Positions 56,793-64,000 of a stretch of DNA of 64,000 nucleotides are shown one piece after another. Positions within the stretch are counted from its first letter, which is position 1; each line of letters opens with the position of its first letter. The notes beneath the pieces are model-generated. The model was given only the letters and a program-made list of their open reading frames with translations. It had not been told where the DNA came from and did not search any database. The translations under genes and the position numbers were made by a program. The DNA is from an uncultured Alphaproteobacteria bacterium (GTDB lineage Bacteria; Pseudomonadota; Alphaproteobacteria; HIMB59; GCA-002718135). The stretch is taken from assembly GCA_902561355.1 (NCBI GenBank), contig CACEPG010000002.1, positions 8,607-72,606 on the forward strand. Direction: 5' to 3'.

Positions 56793-57994
56793 TGAATACA
56801 TCAAAAATATCATACAAAAAACCTCTCTTAGAGACACCTTTTCACGAAAGAACATCTGAGCATTGTTATGCAAATGATTGGTATAGATGGGCTGGTTATA
56901 AAGTTGCTAAAGAGTACTCATCAACAGAACTTGAGTATACTTCAATGAGAAATACAGCTGGGGTAATTGATATTACTCCTATGCATAAATATGATATCAA
57001 AGGTGAGGATGCTAAAAAGTTTATTAATAAATTAATCACAAAAGATATTACTAATATTCAATCAAACCAAGTTGCCTATGGCATATGGTGCAATGAAGAT
57101 GGAATGGTAATTGATGATGGAACAATATTTTGCTTTAATGAAAATCATTTTAGAATTTTTTGTGCAGAACGAAATCTAAATTGGTTTTCTGACACAGCTA
57201 CGGGATTTAATGCAAGTGTTGAGGATATAAGTCCATCAATTGCCGCTTTAGCTTTTCAAGGGCCATTATCTTGTAAGATATTAAATTTATTAAAAGTAGA
57301 AAATATAGAAAACCTAAAACCATTTCATTTTAATAATTATAATATTGAAAATCATAATGTTACAATTTCCAGAACAGGTTTTTCTGGAGACTTAGGTTAT
57401 GAAATATGGTGTGACCCTTCTCAAGCCATTGATGTATGGGATAGTTTATTTAAATTTAATAGAGACTATAAAGTACTAGCAGCTGGAATGAATGCACTTG
57501 AGATGGTCAGAATTGAAGCTGGTTTTATCCAACCTAATGTAGATTTTATGTCTGCGGAACAAGCTTTAAGACCCAATAGAATGAGAAACCCCTATGAATT
57601 AGGTTTGGGCTGGTTAGTAAATCTAGATAAAGAGTATTTTACTGGAAAACAGGCATTAATTAGACACAAAGAAAAAGGTCCTGAAAAAAAACTCGTGGGA
57701 TTAGATATTGAAGGAGATAAACCTGCCGTTGGTTCTGTACTCTACGATAATAGTAAAAAAAATCAAGCCAAAGAAATTGGTATAGTGACAGCTGCAATGT
57801 GGTCCCCTGTCCTTAAATCTAATATTGCGATTGGATTTGTTAGCAAAGAACATTATAAATTAGGATCAAATGTTTATGCTGAAATTTATCATCCAGAAGA
57901 GCTGGATTACAGAAAAATTTGGGCTGAATGTAAAGTGGTTAAAAAGCAATTTTTTAACAATCCAAGAAGAAATGAAACACCTGCGTTTACATAA
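56792..57994 (+). CDS. stand-alone aminomethyltransferase (GcvT/DmdA-fold, folate-binding) family protein
   Basis: Has MRNTAGVIDITPMHKYDIKGEDA and ISRTGFSGDLGYEIW (compare GcvT ISRTGYTGEDGFEI). It is 400 aa and has a TAATG overlap with the upstream gene. Confidence 0.8.
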   Translation: MNTSKISYKKPLLETPFHERTSEHCYANDWYRWAGYKVAKEYSSTELEYTSMRNTAGVIDITPMHKYDIKGEDAKKFINKLITKDITNIQSNQVAYGIWCNEDGMVIDDGTIFCFNENHFRIFCAERNLNWFSDTATGFNASVEDISPSIAALAFQGPLSCKILNLLKVENIENLKPFHFNNYNIENHNVTISRTGFSGDLGYEIWCDPSQAIDVWDSLFKFNRDYKVLAAGMNALEMVRIEAGFIQPNVDFMSAEQALRPNRMRNPYELGLGWLVNLDKEYFTGKQALIRHKEKGPEKKLVGLDIEGDKPAVGSVLYDNSKKNQAKEIGIVTAAMWSPVLKSNIAIGFVSKEHYKLGSNVYAEIYHPEELDYRKIWAECKVVKKQFFNNPRRNETPAFT

Positions 57995-58000
57995 AGAATA

Positions 58001-59152
58001 ATGGAATTTAATCTTTCAGAAGAACAGAATCTTTTAATTGATACTACTAAGTCATTTGTAAAAGCAGAATTGCTTCAACACGAAGAATTATTAGAAAAAA
58101 CAAATAATTTACCAAAAGAATTGTATGATGAAATTAAGCAAAAAAGTATTAAAGCAGGTTTGTATGCTTGCAATATGCCCACTGAACATGGTGGTGGTGG
58201 TTTAAATGCTTTTGATTTAACTTTAGTTGAAAAACATCTCGGTTTTGCATCACTTGCTTTAGCGGAAGTTGCTTGGCGACCACAAAATATCTTAATGGCC
58301 TGTGAAGGTAAATTAATTGATGAATACTTAAAACCAGCTATCACAGGTGAGAGAAAAGATTGCATAGCAATGACAGAACCAGGAGCTGGTTCAGATTTAC
58401 GGGGGATGAAAACAAAAGCAGTTAAGGATGGTAATGATTGGGTGATTAATGGAACAAAACATTTTATATCTAATGCACACATATCTGACTTTGTAGTACT
58501 TTTTGCCTCAACAGGTGAAGATGAAAAAGGTAGAAATTTACTTTCGTGTTTCTTAGTTGATTTAAAACAAAAAGGAGTTGAGGTTGCAAAAGGTTATGAC
58601 TGTGTTTCTCACAGAGGATACGTTAATAATATTTTAAACTTTAATGATTGCAGAATTCCTGCAAGAAATATTCTTGGTGAAAAAGATAAAGGCTTTGAGC
58701 TAATGAATGTTTGGTTAGAAGCAACTCGTTTAACTGTTGCGGCAACTTCTGTATCTAGAGCCGAAAGAGCTTTTGATATAGCCTTGGATTGGTCTGCAAA
58801 TAGAAAACAATTTGGAAAAGTCATTGGAAAATTTCAGGGTGTTTCATTTAAATTAGCTGATATGGCTACAGAAATTAAACTAGCAAACTTGATATTAATG
58901 GAGTCTGCTTGGAAAATTGATCAAAAAACATTAACATCTCAAGATGCGGCTATGACAAAATTATTTTGTACTGAAATGTTAAGTAGAGTCTCTGATGAAG
59001 CTATTCAAATCCTTGGTGGAATGGGATTGATGTCAGATATTCCACTTGAAAGAATATGGCGAGATGCAAGAATAGAAAGAATTTGGGAAGGCACCAGTGA
59101 AATTCAACGTCATATTATTTCACGTTCACTTCTAAGACCCCTTGGAGCATAA
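58001..59152 (+). CDS. acyl-CoA dehydrogenase family protein (CaiA/DmdC-position)
   Basis: The N-terminus is MEFNLSEEQ. It also has AMTEPGAGSDL and the C-terminal string RDARIERIWEGTSEIQRHIISR. Length is 383 aa. Confidence 0.85.
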   Translation: MEFNLSEEQNLLIDTTKSFVKAELLQHEELLEKTNNLPKELYDEIKQKSIKAGLYACNMPTEHGGGGLNAFDLTLVEKHLGFASLALAEVAWRPQNILMACEGKLIDEYLKPAITGERKDCIAMTEPGAGSDLRGMKTKAVKDGNDWVINGTKHFISNAHISDFVVLFASTGEDEKGRNLLSCFLVDLKQKGVEVAKGYDCVSHRGYVNNILNFNDCRIPARNILGEKDKGFELMNVWLEATRLTVAATSVSRAERAFDIALDWSANRKQFGKVIGKFQGVSFKLADMATEIKLANLILMESAWKIDQKTLTSQDAAMTKLFCTEMLSRVSDEAIQILGGMGLMSDIPLERIWRDARIERIWEGTSEIQRHIISRSLLRPLGA

Positions 59153-59155
59153 TCT

Positions 59156-61192
59156 TTGAATTTAAAAAAACTTTTTAGACCAAAAAGTCTTGCTTTAGTT
59201 GGAGGGTATTGGGCAGACTTTGTTTATGATGGCAATAAAACTATTGGCTATCAAGGTAAAGTTTGGCATATAAATCCTTCACGTAAAAGCTCCAAAGCAA
59301 AAAAATATTATAAAAATATTAAAGATCTTCCAGAAGTACCTGATTGCGTTTATCTAGCTGTCTCAAGGGATCAAACAGTAAAATTAATAAAAGATATTGC
59401 TGACATAGGTGTTGGAGGTACTGTTTGTTTAGCTTCGAGATTTTCTGAACTTAATTCTAAAGAAGGTACAAATAAAACTAATGAGCTAATTAGGAATGCT
59501 GGCAAAATGCCTTTCCTTGGACCAAATTGTTATGGATTTATAAATTACTTGGATAGAATTTCAGTATGGTCTGATCAAGTAGCAGGCAAACCAACTAAAA
59601 AAGGTGTTGCTATTATATGTCAAAGTGGAACTATTGGTAATACGATTAGTTTTAATAATAGATCTTTACCAATTGGGTATATAATTTCTCTCGGCAATCA
59701 ATCACAAATAACGATAGAAGATGCCATTAATTATGCTTTAGATGATAAGAGAGTTACTGCTATTGGAATTTATGCTGAAAGTTTTACCAATACAGAAAAG
59801 TTAATAAAAGTATTTAAAAAATCCAGATTAAAAAAAATTCCTATAGCATTAGTTAAAGTAGGCAGATCTAAAACTGCGTCTAAAACAATATTAACACATA
59901 CTGGATCACTAAGCGGGAAAGAAGATATATATGATTCTTTATTTCAAAGAATGGGTGTGGCTAGATGTAATACATTAGGAGAGTTATGTGAAATTTTAAA
60001 ATTACTTCACACTCATGGTGCTTTAAATAACGATAAAATTTCAATTATGGGTCCATCAGGTGGTGATATGGCTATGATAGGAGACGTTGCAGAAACTTTA
60101 TCATTAAATTTTGGTAAAATACCTACAAAAATAAAAAATGAATTAAAAAAAGTTAATCACCCAAGTGTTATAATTTCAAATCCATTCGATCTACAAACAT
60201 ACAACTGGAATGACCCTAAGCAATTAGCAAAAACATTTAAATTAATATTTAAAACTAATTTTGGTTTAAATGCACTTATGCTAGATTTTCCAAATATAGA
60301 AGATTGTGACACTGCAGAATGGGATGCTATAGTAGATCAATTTATAAAATCATCAAAAATAAAAAAAAATGGAGCGATTATTTCTTCACTTTCAGATACC
60401 CTTCCTAAATATCTAAGAGAAAAATGTCTTAAGTCAGGAGTTGTTCCACTTCAGGGTATGTCAGAGAGTTTACTAGCCATAAGTAACTCAATAAAAATTT
60501 CAAAAGCTTGGAGTAATTTTAGTGAAATTAAAATTTCAAAAAAATTACAAAATCATAAAAAGAAAATTAAAACATTTTCAGAATATGAATCAAAATTAAT
60601 CCTAAAAAAATTTAAAATATCTACACCAAAATCTTTAATTACAAATAAAAAAAATATTTTGCGAGATTATAAAAAAATTGGATTTCCTTTAGTGGCAAAA
60701 ATACATTCAACTAAATTTTTTCATAAAACTGAAATTGGAGGTGTTATTATTAACATTAATAATGAAAAAGAATTAAAGCAAAAGACAAATAAATTTAGAG
60801 GCAATATCTTAATTGAAAAAATGATATCAAATTCGATTTTTGAAATGATAATAGGCATAAAAAATGATAGCCAATTTGGACCTACAATAATATTGGGGGC
60901 TGGTGGTATTTATACCGAATTATTTAAAGATACGACTACCTTACTTTTACCTTTAAATAAAAAAATAATTTTGGATGAAATAAAAAAACTTAAATTTAGC
61001 AAAATATTATTTGGTTTTAGAGGAAGTAATATTGCTGATATTGATGCATTAGTAAATACAATATTAAAAGTAGCTGTTTTTGCTGAAAAAAATTCAGATA
61101 AAATTTCAGAAGTTGATATAAATCCACTAATAGTTTGTAAAAAAGGTAAAGGTGTATTTGCTGTAGATGCTCTAATACATTATTTAATATAG
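59156..61192 (+). CDS. NDP-forming acyl-CoA synthetase (CoA-binding, succinyl-CoA-ligase-like and ATP-grasp domains fused)
   Basis: The N-terminus LFRPKSLALVGG marks the CoA-binding fold. It also has ICQSGTIG and HTGSLSG (phosphohistidine-loop type) and a C-terminal ATP-grasp string (PLVAKIHS...HKTEIGGV). It is 678 aa and uses a TTG start. Confidence 0.8.
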   Translation: MNLKKLFRPKSLALVGGYWADFVYDGNKTIGYQGKVWHINPSRKSSKAKKYYKNIKDLPEVPDCVYLAVSRDQTVKLIKDIADIGVGGTVCLASRFSELNSKEGTNKTNELIRNAGKMPFLGPNCYGFINYLDRISVWSDQVAGKPTKKGVAIICQSGTIGNTISFNNRSLPIGYIISLGNQSQITIEDAINYALDDKRVTAIGIYAESFTNTEKLIKVFKKSRLKKIPIALVKVGRSKTASKTILTHTGSLSGKEDIYDSLFQRMGVARCNTLGELCEILKLLHTHGALNNDKISIMGPSGGDMAMIGDVAETLSLNFGKIPTKIKNELKKVNHPSVIISNPFDLQTYNWNDPKQLAKTFKLIFKTNFGLNALMLDFPNIEDCDTAEWDAIVDQFIKSSKIKKNGAIISSLSDTLPKYLREKCLKSGVVPLQGMSESLLAISNSIKISKAWSNFSEIKISKKLQNHKKKIKTFSEYESKLILKKFKISTPKSLITNKKNILRDYKKIGFPLVAKIHSTKFFHKTEIGGVIININNEKELKQKTNKFRGNILIEKMISNSIFEMIIGIKNDSQFGPTIILGAGGIYTELFKDTTTLLLPLNKKIILDEIKKLKFSKILFGFRGSNIADIDALVNTILKVAVFAEKNSDKISEVDINPLIVCKKGKGVFAVDALIHYLI

Positions 61193-61200
61193 TTTAATTT

Positions 61201-61977
61201 ATGGACAAACCAGTTAAAACAAAAATTGAAGGATCAATATTAGAGATAACTATTGATCGACCAAAAGCTAATGCGATAGATGCTAAGACAAGTATAATGT
61301 TGGGAAATATATTTGCTGACTTTAGAGATAATCCAAAACTTAAAGTAGCTATCATTACAGGTGGCGGAGAAAAATTTTTTTCTGCCGGATGGGATCTAAA
61401 GGCTGTTAATGAAGGAGAGGCTGCTGATGCAGATTATGGTGTTGGTGGATTTGGAGGACTGCAAGAGTTACCTAATATGAACAAACCTATTATAGCAGCT
61501 GTTAATGGTATTGCGTGCGGTGGTGGTTTTGAAATTATGATTTCAGCAGATATTATAATTGCCGCAGAACACGCAACATTTGCGTTACCTGAAATCAATG
61601 TAGGAGTTGTAGCTGACGCAGCTACAATAAAATTAAGAAGACGTATACCCTATCACGTAGCTGTTGAGTTTTTAATGACTGGAAGATGGATGGATGTCAA
61701 AGAAGCAAAACACTGGGGTTTAGTAAATGAAATTGTTAAAACAAATGATTTATTAAAAAGAGCCTGGGAAATAGCTGATAAAATTTCAAAAGGACCTAAT
61801 TTAATTTATTCTTCAATTAAAGAAGTTTTAAGAGAAACAGAAAACGAAAAGGAAATACCATCATTTAAAATTTTGCGATCATTAGAATCAGTAAAAAAAG
61901 TTTATGGAAGTGAAGATCTAAAAGAAGGAGCTTCTTCTTTTGTTAAAAAAACAGATCCGAATTGGAAAGATAAATAG
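61201..61977 (+). CDS. crotonase-family hydratase, closely CaiD-like (carnitinyl-CoA dehydratase / crotonobetainyl-CoA hydratase type)
   Basis: [21 protein letters not shown] and [39 protein letters not shown] are almost colinear with E. coli CaiD as I recall it ([60 protein letters not shown]). An alignment is needed to confirm this. Confidence 0.8.
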   Translation: [258 protein letters not shown]

Positions 61978-61995
61978 AATATAAAAATTATTTCA

Positions 61996-62017
61996 TTGAA
62001 TGCTCATTCAGTGAATG
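61996..62017 (+). promoter_or_regulatory. operator/promoter cassette TTGAAT-GCTC-ATTCAG overlapping a second palindrome CATTCA-G-TGAATG (copy 2)
   Basis: The 15-nt core TTGAATGCTCATTCA is identical to copy 1. It lies in the 53-bp spacer between the CaiD-like gene and the aminotransferase. Its first T is exactly 35 nt before the ATG at 62031, and TACAGT follows after a 17-nt spacer. Confidence 0.6.
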
Positions 62018-62030
62018 ATACAGTTAAATC

Positions 62031-63407
62031 ATGAAAAATGATTATGTTAGTGAAATCCATAAGAAAGATAAACTTGTTCTCCATCCATATGAAGATATGG
62101 AAAGTAGAGGAACTTATGACCGTAAACTTATTGTAAAATCAGATAATATTTATCTTTATGATGAAAATGGAAAAGAATACATTGATGGACCTGGAGGTAT
62201 GTGGTGTAATAACATAGGGCACGGAAATAAAGAGATAGGTGAGGCTGTTAAAAATCAACTAGAAAAAATGGAATATTGCAGCCCTTTTTCAGAATCTAGT
62301 GAAATTTCTGCTGAATTAGCTTCTGTTCTATCTGAATTGTCTCCTGGAGATCTTAATACAGTTTTTTTTACTACTGATGGCTCTACAGCCAATGATACTG
62401 CTCTAAGATTTATTATGTTTTATAATAACATATTAGGCAGACCTAATAAAAAACACTTTATCACTAGGCATAAAGCTTATCATGGAAGCACTTATCTTAC
62501 AGGATCAATAACAGGCAAAGATAGGGAAAAAAATAATTTTGATTTTGAAAAAAATTTCATTCATCATTTGAGTTCACCTCTTGCTTATAGAAGAAAAAAA
62601 AACCAAACAATTCAAGAATTTTGTGATGAACTTGTAAAAGAATTTGAAGATAAAATAATAGAATTAGGATCAGAAAATGTTGCAGCTTTTATTGCTGAAC
62701 CAGTCATGGCTTCAGGTGGTTGTATAGTCCCTCCTGAAGGATATTTAAAAAGAATTTGGCAAATATGCAAAAAATATGATGTTTTATATATTTCTGATGA
62801 AGTAGTTACAGGGTTTGGAAGAATGGGTCATTTTTTTTCTTCTGAAGAAGTTTTTGAAATAGTTCCTGATATTATAACTTGTGCTAAGGGAATTACATCA
62901 GGATATATGCCTCTTGGAGCTGTCTTATTTTCTGACAAATTACTAAATGATATTAAAAAAGAATCTGCACTTTTTTTTCACGGCTATACTTATTCAGGAC
63001 ATCCTGCATGTTGTGCTGCAGCATTAAAAAACATAGAAATTATTGAACGAGATAAAATTCTTGAACATGTTCAAGAAATTGAACCCTACTTTCATAATAA
63101 ATTACAAAAATTGTATGAATTACCAATTGTTGGAGATGTAAGAGGTAAAGGATTAATGGCAGGCATAGAATGTGTAATAAATAAAGATAGTAAGGAAGCA
63201 CTTATTTTAGATAAAGCTATAGGATCAAGAATTGATGAGGAATCAATTAAATTAGGCTTAATTATTAGACCGCTCTATCATATTTGTGTTTTATCTCCTG
63301 CTTTAATAATTACAAAATCACAAATTGATGATCTTGTTGAAAAATTATTTACTGCTATTCAAAATTCTCTTCAACAACTTAAAACAGAAGGTTTATGGAA
63401 AGATTAA
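62031..63407 (+). CDS. class-III (omega-amino acid / diamine : pyruvate or 2-oxoglutarate) aminotransferase
   Basis: Has GGMWCNNIGHG, ISDEVVTGFGRMG and the PLP-Lys context ITCAKGITSGY. Length is 458 aa. Confidence 0.85.
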   Translation: MKNDYVSEIHKKDKLVLHPYEDMESRGTYDRKLIVKSDNIYLYDENGKEYIDGPGGMWCNNIGHGNKEIGEAVKNQLEKMEYCSPFSESSEISAELASVLSELSPGDLNTVFFTTDGSTANDTALRFIMFYNNILGRPNKKHFITRHKAYHGSTYLTGSITGKDREKNNFDFEKNFIHHLSSPLAYRRKKNQTIQEFCDELVKEFEDKIIELGSENVAAFIAEPVMASGGCIVPPEGYLKRIWQICKKYDVLYISDEVVTGFGRMGHFFSSEEVFEIVPDIITCAKGITSGYMPLGAVLFSDKLLNDIKKESALFFHGYTYSGHPACCAAALKNIEIIERDKILEHVQEIEPYFHNKLQKLYELPIVGDVRGKGLMAGIECVINKDSKEALILDKAIGSRIDEESIKLGLIIRPLYHICVLSPALIITKSQIDDLVEKLFTAIQNSLQQLKTEGLWKD

Positions 63408-63416
63408 ATTTACATA

Positions 63417-64000
63417 ATGTTTTCTGCAATTAAAAATTATGCAGATTTTAGCACTGTAAATTCTAGTATTAAATATTTATCAATTGTTGCTTTTTTTACT
63501 GGCGTTGTTTTAGGATATTTTTTTACAATTATAGTAATTTTACAAAAATATGCAGGTTATTCAGAATTTACAATAGGAATTGTAGCTTCTTGTTTCTCTT
63601 TTGGATTAATGTCAGCCGGTTTTATAGTCACAAAAGTACTTAATAAAATTGGTTTATTTTTGACACTTATTTTTGCAGTATCTTTACAAACTGTATGTAT
63701 AATTTCTATGTTTGCTTATTTTAATCCAATTAATTTAGCAACTTGTCATTTTGTTATGGGTCTTATGGGGGGGATGAATTGGATGACAATGGATGCTTGG
63801 GCTAACATAGTTTCAAGTGATAAAAATAGAGGGAAAGCTATAGGCTTATATAATTCTTCTATTTCTATAGGATTTGGAGTTGGTCCATTAATTGTTGCAT
63901 TATACGGAAGCTCTGGAAATTTACCTGTAATAATTTGCTTAATCCTAATGTCTTTAAGAATTTTAACTATCATATTTATTAAAAAACATATTCATGAAGT
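63417..64000 (+). CDS. MFS-type transporter, N-terminal part (runs off the 3' edge; not in the ORF track)
   Basis: My hand translation from the ATG at 63417 gives a stop-free frame to the window end. It contains at least five hydrophobic helices and an MFS loop-like string, SSDKNRGKAIG. Confidence 0.6.
   Translation, partial: MFSAIKNYADFSTVNSSIKYLSIVAFFTGVVLGYFFTIIVILQKYAGYSEFTIGIVASCFSFGLMSAGFIVTKVLNKIGLFLTLIFAVSLQTVCIISMFAYFNPINLATCHFVMGLMGGMNWMTMDAWANIVSSDKNRGKAIGLYNSSISIGFGVGPLIVALYGSSGNLPVIICLILMSLRILTIIFIKKHIHE

Noticed and set aside
63746-63973. 75-aa minus-strand ORF near the window end
   Set aside because: It is antisense to the stop-free plus-strand MFS-like frame that starts at 63417, which has a convincing multi-helix membrane profile.
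1-64000. Search for CRISPR arrays, transposases or IS elements, prophage genes, toxin-antitoxin pairs, restriction-modification systems or other defence systems, rRNA genes and riboswitch-sized leaders
   Set aside because: I recognised none. The longest non-coding stretch is about 190 bp (recA/dksA), and there are no long direct repeats or repeat-spacer periodicity. Apart from a few small DUF-like, membrane or orphan-ATPase proteins, every sizeable ORF has a housekeeping or catabolic family assignment.

Overview
This is a very AT-rich, extremely gene-dense chromosomal fragment with about 60 protein genes and one tRNA. Most intergenic spacers are under 90 bp, and many gene pairs overlap by 1-13 nt, including six convergent stop-to-stop overlaps. 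Gene content and synteny look alphaproteobacterial: dnaB-alr...cvpA, yfgM-bamB-der, psd-pssA, recA-alaS, bolA-grxD, a eukaryote-like IDH, a class II DAHP synthase and CimA. The streamlining and composition resemble SAR11/Pelagibacterales. That assignment is inference only.

nt 1-37,500 is housekeeping. It carries replication, translation, envelope, cofactor and amino-acid biosynthesis genes, an RND efflux pair, tRNA-Leu(UAA), and two housekeeping genes (gltX and a trmJ-like gene) interrupted at long A/T homopolymers.

nt 37,500-64,000 is an organic-nitrogen (polyamine / agmatine / methylated-amine) catabolic island. It holds two glutamine-synthetase-like ligases, two DAO-type flavoproteins, a Rieske oxygenase, aguA-aguB, an amidase, a PotD/ABC importer and a BetI-like TetR regulator. 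It also holds a tightly coupled six-gene operon: two PYROXD2/CrtI-like flavoproteins, a stand-alone GcvT-like protein, an acyl-CoA dehydrogenase, an NDP-forming acyl-CoA synthetase and a CaiD-like hydratase. A class-III aminotransferase and an MFS transporter follow.

The best candidate for something undescribed is this TetR-centred regulon. A palindromic cassette, TTGAAT-N4-ATTCAA, occurs at four intergenic positions of the island. Each time its first base lies exactly 35 nt upstream of the ATG of the downstream plus-strand gene. That ties the Rieske/DAO-aguAB, GS-like/amidase, TetR/flavoprotein-operon and aminotransferase units into one predicted regulon, and it implies leaderless transcripts.

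I recognised no mobile elements, CRISPR arrays, rRNA or defence systems.
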